Below are positions 19,996-30,984 of a stretch of DNA of 42,934 nucleotides, one piece after another (position 1 is the stretch's first letter; every line of letters starts with the position of its first letter). The notes under the pieces are model-generated. The model had not been told where the DNA came from and ran no database searches. It saw only the letters and a program-made list of their open reading frames with translations. Source of the DNA: Nitrososphaeraceae archaeon (GTDB lineage Archaea; Thermoproteota; Nitrososphaeria; Nitrososphaerales; Nitrososphaeraceae); NCBI GenBank assembly GCA_035297365.1, contig DATGZA010000056.1:1-42934 (forward strand), read 5' to 3'. The position numbers and the translations under genes were made by a program.

Positions 19996-21519
19996 TTAAT
20001 TTATAGAATATACTATTATTGCAGGCTTTGATAAAGTTTTTCCGTCCTCATCATTATAGTACTCATACGAGGTATAAATTGGAATTGCATTGTATTTGTT
20101 TATATATTGATCCATTTTTTGAGCTTCATTTTTCAAAAATGGTGCGTTTTCTAACTGTATTTTTTCATAGACAAGATAGTTTATTTTTTTAGAGATAATC
20201 AGAAAATCGGCATTATCAATTTTATCATAAGCTGGATTGTTGTTAGACTGCAGAGAAAAAGAATCTCTGTGTGAATAATATTTTATATTATTTGACATAT
20301 GGGTATAAAGTGTCAATGCTGTAGAATTTTCAGGAGTGTTTTCTTTCATCCATAGAGATACATCTTTCATATAAGGAATTGATTCAGAGCCCAAAATGGG
20401 ATTATGAGGGATCTGAAATACAAAATTATATAGAAAATAAACATTAGAAATCAAAATTAAGGGCACCAGAAGAATAATAACCAATATTTTAATCCTAAAA
20501 TTGGTGAGCCAAGATCCAAAGAGAAAGGATGTTCCAATAATTACAAATAAAGGAATAACAGAATATAAAAAAGTATAATTCTTTATAGATAACGATTGAT
20601 AAAAAATAACCAGTATTGGAATCCAAACTAAAGGTATAGATACAATTTGCGTATTCCATAACTTTCTATTAACAATGAAATATATATAAAAAAGAAACAC
20701 TAGGAAAAGAAGTGGATATCCAAGGCTTTCCTTTGCTAATATATCAAGATAGTAAAAATTGTCATGATTTGGAGGCCGTGAAGATTGCCAAGATACATAT
20801 TCATTTATCGATGTCTGGGCATCTTCAATAAACAAATAAGATAACCAATATGGAGAAGAAACGATTAGAAACGTGGATAGAATAATGAAAATATTTTTTC
20901 CATTAATTTTTTTGTCCAGCCCCAAAACAATGAAAGTTGCTATTATTACAATTATTCCGACTTCTTTCGAAAGGAAAGATAATCCAGAACATGCACCTAT
21001 ACAATATAAAAATAAAGTATTATTATTTCGTAAATATAGTACCAACATTAGTATATTGAGTATCAAAAAAAAAGATAACGAAACATCGACTAGAACTTGT
21101 CTTGAAATTATAATATGGTATGGTAAAAAAGTCAATATTAATGAGGAAACTATTGCAATTGGTTTTGAATAAATTAATTTAGCTATAAAATAAGAAAATA
21201 ACACAACACCGGTTCCCATTATTGATGCAACTAACCTAGCTGAGGTTTCACTTAATCCAAATGTCAATATTGATAATCCGACGAAAAATTGCATAAGTAA
21301 AGGGTGTGCTCGAAAAATAGAAAAATGCTCTCGAAAATCATCAAAGTTTGCCAGTGAAGCAGCTTGTCCTACATAAATTGTTTCGTCATTGTTAAATCCC
21401 GAATCACCCACTCCGTAGAATCGTAATACAAAAGAAGCTGAAATCAATGTAATTAAAATAAAAACTTCTGTTCTTCTGGAATCAAGAACTTTATTCTTTT
21501 TTATGGAAGCTAGAATCAA
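19996..21519 (-). CDS. GT39/ArnT-PMT family membrane glycosyltransferase (GT-C)
   Basis: DE..Y, HPLL, FG.SE..ARL and LSKE motifs; many TM segments. Confidence 0.88.
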   Translation of the reverse strand: MILASIKKNKVLDSRRTEVFILITLISASFVLRFYGVGDSGFNNDETIYVGQAASLANFDDFREHFSIFRAHPLLMQFFVGLSILTFGLSETSARLVASIMGTGVVLFSYFIAKLIYSKPIAIVSSLILTFLPYHIIISRQVLVDVSLSFFLILNILMLVLYLRNNNTLFLYCIGACSGLSFLSKEVGIIVIIATFIVLGLDKKINGKNIFIILSTFLIVSSPYWLSYLFIEDAQTSINEYVSWQSSRPPNHDNFYYLDILAKESLGYPLLFLVFLFYIYFIVNRKLWNTQIVSIPLVWIPILVIFYQSLSIKNYTFLYSVIPLFVIIGTSFLFGSWLTNFRIKILVIILLVPLILISNVYFLYNFVFQIPHNPILGSESIPYMKDVSLWMKENTPENSTALTLYTHMSNNIKYYSHRDSFSLQSNNNPAYDKIDNADFLIISKKINYLVYEKIQLENAPFLKNEAQKMDQYINKYNAIPIYTSYEYYNDEDGKTLSKPAIIVYSIN

Positions 21520-21601
21520 ATTGAAGTTACAAATAGAAGATATTACGAATTAATAACCTTTCTAGTTTTTTAAAACATTGGCCAATAGAGTATTGATTGG
21601 T

Positions 21602-22516
21602 TTATCGTTTCGAAATGGTGTCGTTAGACCCTGCTATTGGTTTTGATTCGTTTATGTTGATATGATTTAATTTATAGACCTCCATGAGATTTGGATGAAT
21701 TATTCCATGAATGAGTTTTGCTATTTCAGTATATGGAAGCTTTGAATCAACCACCAATCCAAGTTGATTAAGAGCGTCATCCATCTTATCTAATTGTACT
21801 GAAGTTGTTTCAGTAACATCTTGTTTTACTGTAGAATTGTAAATGTCCTTTATAACAGAAATCAATCCTTTCGCTGTTTCATATGAGATAAAGTCAGAAA
21901 TAGTTTTATTATTAGAAACAGTGGGTTCGTTAATTTTATATCCCTCTGTATGTTGTGAATGTGCAGAATCATGCATAGCTTTAGATGTTTCACTTGAAGG
22001 TAAAAAATGAGGAATTATGAAAGAATGTTTGTAGTTGCTATCTAGAGAATTTAACAATTGAGCAAAGTGTAATGCATGTACAGTGGAATTGTTAAGAGAA
22101 ACATCTTCAAGCCTAACACTGACAGATTCATCCAAAATCGCATCCAGATTATCAATCGAGTTCATGATTTCTTCTTTTGCTGTTTTCTGAATTATATGAT
22201 CGCCTATAACAGATATTGTCTCCGTTATTTCGTTAGCTATTCGTTCGTTTCTTTCAGACAATTCATCTCTTATTTCATCAGTATACAATTGAGAAATTCT
22301 ACTAAGATGTTTTTCAGCTTTATCGTAATCGTCTTCGGATACAAATTTTTTTATTAACTTGTCTTGGACTTTAATTTCATCCACAAAAGATAGAAAAAGT
22401 GAAGTTTCATCAGTACTGAAGGAATGGGCAAAAACATTGAATATTGTATTGCCACCTGTGGATATAAATGCGAGTGTAAAAACGTAAAGAAAGATTTTAG
22501 ATTTTGATTTTAGCAT
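21602..22516 (-). CDS. Hypothetical secreted helical protein with His-containing linker
   Basis: Signal peptide ending VFA-HSF; long open frame. Confidence 0.75.
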   Translation of the reverse strand: MLKSKSKIFLYVFTLAFISTGGNTIFNVFAHSFSTDETSLFLSFVDEIKVQDKLIKKFVSEDDYDKAEKHLSRISQLYTDEIRDELSERNERIANEITETISVIGDHIIQKTAKEEIMNSIDNLDAILDESVSVRLEDVSLNNSTVHALHFAQLLNSLDSNYKHSFIIPHFLPSSETSKAMHDSAHSQHTEGYKINEPTVSNNKTISDFISYETAKGLISVIKDIYNSTVKQDVTETTSVQLDKMDDALNQLGLVVDSKLPYTEIAKLIHGIIHPNLMEVYKLNHININESKPIAGSNDTISKR

Positions 22517-22681
22517 GTCATGTTTAAATTTATCATAGAAATAATAAATTTATCTTTTTCATATAAAAAAATTATTTTTGGTAATTCTAAAATAATTTAT
22601 ACATTATCGGATAATCGTGTATATATTTTTAGTTTTTATATAAAAAAATAATAGAAATGGTTTTTTAATCATTCAATAAAA

Positions 22682-23239
22682 TCAGGGCAGTGGAAATGCT
22701 CTAGGTATCGGATATGGTAAGCCGACTAATGTTACACTATACCATTTAGTTAAAGGACCTGGGTTAATACAGGTTAATTTTGAAGTTAATTCATTGGTAC
22801 CGGGTTCAATTTCGTGAGTATTCCTGTCATAGGTAAATTGCCATGTGGAAAAATCAGTAGCACCTCCGGGTCCGGTGGCGGTGACAATCCATGATGGTTT
22901 TTGGTTATTCCAGTCCATTTCAACTATACAATCTCTTGTATTACTGTCGCTTGATAATCCAAGAATTGTAACCGTACCAGAATCAACTTTATCCGCATTT
23001 TTATGCGATGTAATTTTAACAAACATTTTCGGGAATTTATCCTCTATAGAAGAAGGTGGCAAGCTCTGCGATTTAGTGTCTTGATCGAATACCGGACCAG
23101 TTAATTCTGACTCATTGTCTTGGCTATATACGGGGGAGAAACATACTCCTATCAAAAAAAATACTGCGGTAGAGACAGCAAAGCCCCAATAAAGAAAATT
23201 GCTACTATGCAAAAAAGAACCAAATTGAATAGATTTCAT
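22682..23239 (-). CDS. Hypothetical secreted protein with Ig-like beta domain
   Basis: Signal peptide; VKITS...G.SSD...C...W.F......G.NELTSKL.C pattern. Confidence 0.75.
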   Translation of the reverse strand: MKSIQFGSFLHSSNFLYWGFAVSTAVFFLIGVCFSPVYSQDNESELTGPVFDQDTKSQSLPPSSIEDKFPKMFVKITSHKNADKVDSGTVTILGLSSDSNTRDCIVEMDWNNQKPSWIVTATGPGGATDFSTWQFTYDRNTHEIEPGTNELTSKLTCINPGPLTKWYSVTLVGLPYPIPRAFPLP

Positions 23240-23343
23240 TTATCTTCCAATAAAAAAATTTTATTTAATGAGAATTGTAAAAATGGATAGAGTATAAACT
23301 TAACATATTCTTATCAAATATTGATATTTTCATTTGTTTCTTT

Positions 23344-23553
23344 TTACGATCTCTTTTTAATAAAAACGATAATGCCAACTATCAAAATAGAGATTCCAAT
23401 GATTATCAATATTAGACCATTTAGGCTCCATTCGGTATTACTATACATAAAGGACTCAGGTGGTCCAATATAAGATCTACTTTGGAGGAAAAATAAAATT
23501 CCAAGTGAAATTATTAATAATGAAGTTATCAGCAAGAAATATAGCTTTTTCAT
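23344..23553 (-). CDS. Small two-TM membrane protein
   Basis: Two hydrophobic helices flanking QSRSYIGPPESFMY...W. Confidence 0.75.
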   Translation of the reverse strand: MKKLYFLLITSLLIISLGILFFLQSRSYIGPPESFMYSNTEWSLNGLILIIIGISILIVGIIVFIKKRS

Positions 23554-23659
23554 ATGATCATGTCCAGTATTTTTTCGAAGTTAATATTTTTTGAAAAGCG
23601 GTTTTACCTATGTTTTATTACTGTCAATCTTATAAAGAATATATTTATCCATTTTTGTA

Positions 23660-24079
23660 TTAGCATCTAAACAGACGCTCATGCTCCTCCATCATGCATC
23701 TATTATAAACGAAATCAATTCCGTTCTTTTTCGCTAGCCCCATTGCTTCTTCATTGAAGATCCCTTTTTGTAGCCATATGAGCTTAATTCCCTCTTTCTT
23801 TAAGAGATCTTTTATAACGTCCATAACATCTTCTGATTTTCTAAATACGTTAACTATGTCAACCTCCTGCTTTATTTCGGAAACTCGATCATAACATTTC
23901 CTTTGAAGAATCTCATCTGTATTTGGATTTACCGGAATTATGTTGTATCCTTTTTGCAGGAGATACTCCGGAACAAAATGTGAAGGTTTTTCCCTATGTG
24001 CTGACATTCCTACCACTGCAATATTCTTTAAGGCATAGAACTTTCTTATCTCACCATCAGAGTAATTATCAATGTTCAT
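23660..24079 (-). CDS. CoA-binding protein (YccU-like)
   Basis: IAVVGMS, PVNP, VDIVNVFR, WLQ.GI and RCM motifs. Confidence 0.92.
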   Translation of the reverse strand: MNIDNYSDGEIRKFYALKNIAVVGMSAHREKPSHFVPEYLLQKGYNIIPVNPNTDEILQRKCYDRVSEIKQEVDIVNVFRKSEDVMDVIKDLLKKEGIKLIWLQKGIFNEEAMGLAKKNGIDFVYNRCMMEEHERLFRC

Positions 24080-24206
24080 ACCATATCTTTGTTATCTTCG
24101 TCATTTATTTTATAGTAATAATTATATATTTGAAAATAATTTAAATGAATAATCAAGAATAGAAATAGGGACTTGTAGTATGGATTATAAGATAGTATTT
24201 TCGTTA

Positions 24207-24722
24207 TTATTTTAATTCATCTTCGTCCAAAGGAAGTGAGAAACCACCCTCTTCAAGGGGAATATCTGTCATTGTTATCATATCAAGAATGTTGGAATCG
24301 AATTTTAGGTTTTGTTTTATTTTGCTTTTAAGATCGTTAATCACATCAGTAGTAGTAACTATTCCCAAAATATCATTACCATCACTTACTGCCAGGTGTC
24401 TGATCCTCTTATCCACCATGAATTTAACTGCCTCTTTTATTGTGGAACCTTTATCTATCGTCAAAAGAGGAGAGGACATTACCTTTTCGGCTGTAAGTGA
24501 GCTTGCTAAAATATCCTTGGCACAGATAGACCCTACTAGATCCCTCTCTGTAATGATGCCAATTATTTTATCAGATTCACCTGTTACAGCTACGGAACTT
24601 ATCCTTTTTTTTATCATTAGTTTAGATATATCTGATGCAATACTTGATGAGGTCACCTTAACTATATTGTCACACATTATTTGGGTTACGAATGTTTTTT
24701 CAGATTCTGCGCTATAATCCAT
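24207..24722 (-). CDS. CBS-domain pair protein
   Basis: GIITERDL, VMSSPL, IRHL.V and GIVTTTDV. Confidence 0.92.
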   Translation of the reverse strand: MDYSAESEKTFVTQIMCDNIVKVTSSSIASDISKLMIKKRISSVAVTGESDKIIGIITERDLVGSICAKDILASSLTAEKVMSSPLLTIDKGSTIKEAVKFMVDKRIRHLAVSDGNDILGIVTTTDVINDLKSKIKQNLKFDSNILDMITMTDIPLEEGGFSLPLDEDELK

Positions 24723-24884
24723 CCATATTATTTTTTAAATCTAGTTAAATAAAGATTTGTGAAATTTAATGAAATTTATAATTACATTATCTGCAAGAAT
24801 GAACTATGAAAATCAGATGCTGTCATAAGAAATTATAGGATAAAATGATTGACTTTTATTACTAAGAGGTAATAGAAAATACAT

Positions 24885-25295
24885 TTGGGAAGATGGGATA
24901 GTGATAGTAATAGATGGGATGACTACGGTAAAGAAAAACAATCGACTAGAGATTATAAAAAGATTGCCAAATATGTTATATCAGGTGGTTTCATAATAGT
25001 TGTAGTCGTTGTCCTGATGGTTTTTATTCCAAGGGCAGGATTATCAATTGAAATACAGGAGAGGGGAGAAGCAATGAATACATTAAAAACCATTAGCATA
25101 AAAATCAATAACAATTATCCACAGGAACTCAAGAACGTTATTGTTCAATTTGGAGATAATGCAAGAAATCATTCTTTTGGAAATTTAGCACCATTTAGTT
25201 CAATATTTGTGACCCCTGATAATGAAGAATTGAAATTCGATAAGGTAATTGTTTCTGCTAATAACGGAGAATTTAAAGCAGTGAAATACAAGTAA
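24885..25295 (+). CDS. Hypothetical single-TM protein with beta-rich ectodomain
   Basis: One strong hydrophobic helix; 136-aa frame. Confidence 0.75.
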   Translation: MGRWDSDSNRWDDYGKEKQSTRDYKKIAKYVISGGFIIVVVVVLMVFIPRAGLSIEIQERGEAMNTLKTISIKINNNYPQELKNVIVQFGDNARNHSFGNLAPFSSIFVTPDNEELKFDKVIVSANNGEFKAVKYK

Positions 25296-25779
25296 AGCGT
25301 AACTAACAGTTTTACGTTTGTGAATCTTTTTTAGTTGGAGATCGATTTACATATACATACAAAAAGAATAATCTAGTTCTTAATATCAGTAGACTATTCG
25401 AAATAATTAAATTGTTTTAATACCATTTTTCTAGTTCTCTTTAAAATCTTTGTTTTTTGTGTTCTCAAAAATGAAAAAATAAAGCTGATTAATTTCCAAA
25501 TTAATTAACATCATTCAACTTTAAAAAGAATTAATTTTAGAAGTAAAAAAAATCCAACTAGAATCTCGAATAAAATACCGTTATATCAAAAACAACCCAT
25601 TGAAATTTTGAAGTTACAATACATAATATAAAGAAATGGGCATACTATCAGATGAATTATTCTCTTATCTATGTTATAACTGCAATTTTTAGCTATATAC
25701 GATAACATAAAAATCTAGATAGCTTGTTTTTCATCCCAGGTGAAGTAGTAGGATGATTTTACAAATAAATAATTGTGTT

Positions 25780-26730
25780 TCATTGAGACAACAATGAACG
25801 CATCAAAAGCAAAATATTTCTTTTCCTCTCTTTGATCCTACGTATCGAATAGGGTAACCAGTTCTGACCATATGGAACATATTCATAAATTCGAAAACCT
25901 CTCCCTAATAACGCCATTTTTAGATTATCTCGGATACCCTTCAAGAATTGAAATTGTAAATTTTCCTTGTTTAATCTAGACTCATAAAATAGACATATCG
26001 TCCTTTCTATGAGCTTTGAATCATGTGTTGCTATTGCAATAACACGATTTTCGAATTTTATTTCATTATCTTGCGAGAATAGTATCCCTACTAATTTCAA
26101 ATAATTTTCATCTACTTGAAGTTTAGATTGATAGGCAATGTCTTCTGATTCTTTATACGCACCTTTTACTATCCTTATATTAGAGTTATACTCGAGTAGG
26201 TCAATTAAATCTGAATAACTCCTCTTAAGGTAGGATTGTAATACTACACCTACTTCATGATTTTGTCCTATTATTTCTCTGTAGAGTGCAATGGTTGAGC
26301 CAACAAATTTGTAAGACTCCATGTCTAACCAAACAAATACTTTTGTTCGGCTGGCAACATCCAATAATTGTTGCAAATTTTTTAAGCAAAAATCATAACC
26401 TAATGTGAGCCCGATCTGAGTTGGTTTAACAGATATCGATGCTATTAATTTCTGTGTCTTTATTGCATTCAATAATGAAATATATTCTTTAATGGTTTTT
26501 CTTACACTTTCAGCTTCAGTGAGATCCTCTCCAAGGTAATTTAAAATACAATAAACACCACGATCGTTTGCTTTTTGTGCATAAGATAAAACTTGATCGA
26601 TTGAATATCCTGCTATCCATTTTTTTGCAAGTCTAAAGAGCAATTTTTCCAATAAAGCGGGGTCATAATCATGAGAATAAGGAGGATGTTCATAGGGATC
26701 TTTCCAAGAGGAATTGTTAGATAATGACAT
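25780..26730 (-). CDS. Monofunctional proline dehydrogenase
   Basis: WIAG, LGE, SVKPTQIG, LDME, LQSYL.RS, RIVKGAY, ATHD and YVPYG..W.PY..RR. Confidence 0.93.
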   Translation of the reverse strand: MSLSNNSSWKDPYEHPPYSHDYDPALLEKLLFRLAKKWIAGYSIDQVLSYAQKANDRGVYCILNYLGEDLTEAESVRKTIKEYISLLNAIKTQKLIASISVKPTQIGLTLGYDFCLKNLQQLLDVASRTKVFVWLDMESYKFVGSTIALYREIIGQNHEVGVVLQSYLKRSYSDLIDLLEYNSNIRIVKGAYKESEDIAYQSKLQVDENYLKLVGILFSQDNEIKFENRVIAIATHDSKLIERTICLFYESRLNKENLQFQFLKGIRDNLKMALLGRGFRIYEYVPYGQNWLPYSIRRIKERKRNILLLMRSLLSQ

Positions 26731-27397
26731 CTTTTCTAATAATGTTTGTCATTCCATCGTAATTTTTATATTTTTCATCAGTATAAGCCTACAAATTATA
26801 AACATAATTAATTTATCTCAATAATTTTAGTAAAAAAAATTTGAGGCCTATTTATAATGGCATAGATGTTTCTATTTTTAGACCATTATAAAGAGTAACA
26901 AAGAAAAGACTGAATTTTTTTTAAATAAGTTAAAATTCGCCTAGATTATATGTTAAATGGGTTAGTAATTTCGAATTCTAAAAGATAATCATCTTGACAT
27001 AAAGATATTTGAAAATAGCTTGCCTTAAACGGCCTGATGTAGGTTTTTTAAAGATTAAAGTTAAACTTGTGATTTTTATAGAAAAGCTACAAAATCTTCT
27101 TACCCAGTATACATTATTTAAAAAATGTATTAAACAGATTAACTGAAGAAAAATACTAATAATTACAAATAGCGATATTGATTAAAGTAACTTATAACGG
27201 AAATACCATAATAACATTCAAAGCATGAATTTTTCTAGGTTTCCAAGCGAGCAGTTTAGAAATTAATTACAAACAGGAAATAAGAAAAATTTTTGTTCTA
27301 AAAATGTAACTAACTCAAACTAGAATACTTTATTATTTTATTTTCATAGCAAATAGGCCTAGTTTATTTGAGTATTATGTTTTGGTGAAAAATCACA

Positions 27398-28429
27398 TGC
27401 GCCAACAAATTAGAACAAAATAGATCTTAATCTATTCCAATTAGATTTTTGTATTTGATGAGAATGATTCGATGTTCATGTAACAATGATGAAAGAATAC
27501 GAGGTAGACAATATGTTTATTCTGCTAAGGTTATTTTGGGATGTTTTGTTGTAAGTACTTCGCTACGATTGGATATTTTCAAAGCATTATATGAATATCT
27601 TGCAACGAATCTCGATCGATCATATAACGAAGAGATAATTATAACATGTGGAATATCTACAGTACCAAGTACAAGATCACATAACACAGGTCGCGAATAC
27701 ATTATCTCAAGATATTAAAAGCAGGTATATTGCCATCTAAGAAACTTTTTGTTTATAGAAAATGGGTGATCTGAATATTGTTTCTTTACAAAGTAACATT
27801 AGCAAAGATAAAGATTCTGTCTGGCAGAAATGTAATATGATTGAATGGATAGTATCAGGTTCTGATATTGATATAAATGCAAGATAGGTATTCAGCGATA
27901 CCAAAGGTTGAATATTTGGATATAAATTACGCTTGTTATCAAGTAATGGTACCTTTATTGTACCTTTGGCAGCAAATTTTACAACAGTAAATATTCCTTA
28001 CAATCAGATGTACAGTACACTAACATACGGTCTACCCGTTAGAATAATTAGAAAAACATCATCCTTGTCTGCAGATCGTGGATATGATGATCCTAAACTC
28101 AATCAACTAAGCCCGATACGGAATTTCAGCTAATGTGTCTAGAACACAGATAAGAACATATCCCTGCTGATAGGATCAAATTAGTTAAGTTTTATGAAAC
28201 TAATGGAAAGTCTATCTATTCGTTGAGAAGTAAATCAACTAATGCATTGACAGAACATATCAATTCTCTTCTTAGAATAGATCCATTAGCTGTAAGAGGA
28301 TATGATAAGACTTGTGCTTCAGTACTGTTATCAGTCTTGCTATACCAGATAGTTTTATATTATAACTATAAAAACAAAAAAAATAAAAAAGATAATCCCA
28401 GAGCAACCAAACACATGTTATGGACATAA
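27398..28429 (+). pseudogene. Decayed DDE transposase (IS4/IS5-like)
   Basis: Fragments in several frames: RGRQYVYSAKVILGCFVV, GYKL, VPLAANFTTVN, ADRGYDD and RS...EHI, separated by stops and frameshifts. Boundaries approximate. Confidence 0.75.
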
Positions 28430-28552
28430 CTATCGATTGGATAGTATTGTTAGAATATGACATTTGTTTACTGAATTACCTATCCTCAATTGACTAAAGT
28501 CAATATTAGACATTCTTTTATATCCATATCGAGTATATTTATTTGAAAGAAA

Positions 28553-29893
28553 ATGAGTACTCAGATGAGTAGTGCAAGAAGGGGAATTGCAACAAAAGAG
28601 ATGATCCAAGTTGCAAAGGACGAGGATATAGATTTAAATTTTCTTATTCAAAAAGTTGCCAGTGGTTCTATAATTATTCCAAGAAACAATGTAAGGAGAC
28701 AGGATATAAAAGTTGTAGGCATAGGTAAAGGCCTTAGAACGAAAGTAAATGTAAACATTGGTACATCTACTCTTTATCAAAATATAGACGAAGAGATTGC
28801 AAAAGCGAAGGTTGCAGTAAAGTATGGGGGAGACACTATAATGGATTTATCTGATGGAGGAGACTTGAATTTAATAAGAGAAAAACTCTTAGAGGCTGCA
28901 CCTATAACCTTTGGAACCGTTCCAATTTACCAAGCGTATGCATATGGAGTAGAAAAATATAAGAACCCACTGAATATAACTGAAGATGATTTTCTCAATG
29001 CTTTCGAAAAACATGTGAAAGATGGAGTAGACTACACTACTATTCATTCAGGAATAACTAGAGAGATTGCAAATAGGATATTAGAAGTAAAAAGACATGC
29101 TGGTATTGTTTCTAAAGGTGGGACAATTACAGCCGCATGGATGCTAAAATACGAAAGAGAAAATCCCTATTTCGAACATTTTGATTATATGTGTGAAATT
29201 GCAAAAAAATATGATGTTACTTTCAGTCTTGGTGACGCATTAAGACCAGGGTCTATTTTGGATTCTCATGACGAACTTCAGGTTGCAGAAATGATAAACG
29301 TAGCGCGTCTTGCAAAACGCGCACATGAATATGAAGTTCAGGTAATGATTGAAGGACCTGGTCACGTACCGTTAGATCAGGTAGCAGCCAATGTTAGATT
29401 GGCAAAATCTCTCATAGGTGAGGTGCCTTATTATGTATTGGGACCTCTAGTTACCGACATAGCAGCTGGGTACGATCACATAGCCAGCGCGATAGGGGCC
29501 GCAATTTCAGCAGCAGAGGGTGTAGACCTATTATGCTATTTAACCCCTGCAGAGCACCTAGCATTGCCCACGGTTGAGGATGTCAAAGAGGGATTAGTAG
29601 CTTACAGAATTGCGGCTCATGCCGGCGACCTCGTAAAAATAAGGGACAAGGCCATAAAATGGGACAAAGAAATAACAAAAGCAAGAAGGACACTTAATTG
29701 GCAGAAACAGATTGAACTTGCAATAAACCCAGAAGAAGCAGAAAGAATTCATAAAAGACAAGGTCAACATGAAGGTAATAATGTGCCATGTACAATGTGT
29801 GGAGGAGCATGTGTGTATATAATGTTGCCACAACAAAGGAAATATGAAGACAAATCTGATGAAAGTGAAGACCAAAACGCAACAAATAACTGA
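28553..29893 (+). CDS. thiC: Phosphomethylpyrimidine synthase
   Basis: TKVNVNIGTS, MDLS, GTVPIYQ, SLGDALRPG, EGPGHVP, GYDHI and CTMCG..C. Confidence 0.98.
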   Translation: MSTQMSSARRGIATKEMIQVAKDEDIDLNFLIQKVASGSIIIPRNNVRRQDIKVVGIGKGLRTKVNVNIGTSTLYQNIDEEIAKAKVAVKYGGDTIMDLSDGGDLNLIREKLLEAAPITFGTVPIYQAYAYGVEKYKNPLNITEDDFLNAFEKHVKDGVDYTTIHSGITREIANRILEVKRHAGIVSKGGTITAAWMLKYERENPYFEHFDYMCEIAKKYDVTFSLGDALRPGSILDSHDELQVAEMINVARLAKRAHEYEVQVMIEGPGHVPLDQVAANVRLAKSLIGEVPYYVLGPLVTDIAAGYDHIASAIGAAISAAEGVDLLCYLTPAEHLALPTVEDVKEGLVAYRIAAHAGDLVKIRDKAIKWDKEITKARRTLNWQKQIELAINPEEAERIHKRQGQHEGNNVPCTMCGGACVYIMLPQQRKYEDKSDESEDQNATNN

Positions 29894-30039
29894 TTGAATA
29901 CACAAAGTATTACAACAGTCATTTTTTGACTAAATCTAAGGTATCTAAAATTATTATCGATACTTGAAATGACTTTATAAGATAAGTGGAAGGATAACAA
30001 AAAAGTTAAGTAATGCTCAATGTTATTATTAAATCTAGA

Positions 30040-30183
30040 ATGTTTGGTAAAGCTGAATGTAGATTATGTGGTGAAAATGTACGATTTGCATTACGTCATT
30101 TGAAAACAAAACATCAAGAGGAATTTGAAAAAGTAACACATCTTCAGATGTCAAAAATAATGAAAAAATATTTCAAGGAATAA
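30040..30183 (+). CDS. 47-aa C2H2-type zinc-finger microprotein
   Basis: Hand translation MFGKAECRLCGENVRFALRHLKTKHQEEFEKVTHLQMSKIMKKYFKE; CxxC-x9-HxxxxH. Confidence 0.75.
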   Translation: MFGKAECRLCGENVRFALRHLKTKHQEEFEKVTHLQMSKIMKKYFKE

Positions 30184-30925
30184 TATCAAACTGGCAATTG
30201 ATTCATTTATTCATCATAATTAATTGATCGTTTTGATATTTTAAAGAATATTTGGGTACACAATAAGAAGTTTACTGCCAGTATTTTTGACCATATTCTT
30301 TATTATTCAACATTACCGGGTTTATATACTGCAAAATTTCATTTTCATAGGCTAAAAGACATAATGATTTAATATTAGGGTTATTTTCACTTAAAAGCCA
30401 ATCGTCCTTTGGAGGTTCTAGTAATTTCGGTTGCTCTGTATATATAACATACCAAGTTTGTGAATATAACTTTTATTTTGTCAACACAGATTGAAATTTT
30501 AACGATTTGGAAATAGGCAGAGAAGAAGGTCATAAATGTGTAAAACTGCGTCAGTGTGTTCGATGCTATGTGCAATAATATTACCCATTTTACGTTCTAT
30601 GTTAGGTTTGATTGTCTCAATTATCCTTTTGCTTCTCAATTTTTTTTAACCGGATTTTCTTGATTTAAAATATCATTCAAGATCATAGTCAAATACAAAT
30701 TCATCGTTGGTTATATCGACACACAGATTTTATAAAATCATTAGATAAGAATTTTTTGTATGTTTGAGTAAATTCTTGTTTATAATATTCTTTCAAATAA
30801 ATAACATATTTGAAAATGATTAGACCTTAACCCATTTATTTAAACACTTATATAATCCATAAAAGAATTTTGAAATTCAAGGAATAATCCTGAAGGATAA
30901 TTATTATAATAAAGAAAAATTAAAG

Positions 30926-30984
30926 GGTTCTGTTAACTTGTTAGGCGATAAGCCATAGTTTTTGACCAGTTAACCTTCGGGTGA
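30926..30984 (+). repeat. Left bipartite inverted end: 23-bp TIR + 20-bp spacer + 16-bp inner IR (GTTAACCTTCGGGTGA)
   Basis: Both blocks are exact reverse complements of blocks at the right end. Confidence 0.93.

Noticed and set aside
27360-28496. Possible degenerate TIRs around the decayed transposase (TAGTTTATTTGAG / CTCAATTGACTA)
   Set aside because: Match is weak in AT-rich DNA and no target duplication is evident.
28430-28552. TPP riboswitch upstream of thiC
   Set aside because: No GCTGAGA/CTGAT-type aptamer core or GC-rich stems visible.
30200-30900. Possible gene remnant left of the IS (including ORF 30387-30575)
   Set aside because: Frames are short and I recognise no family.
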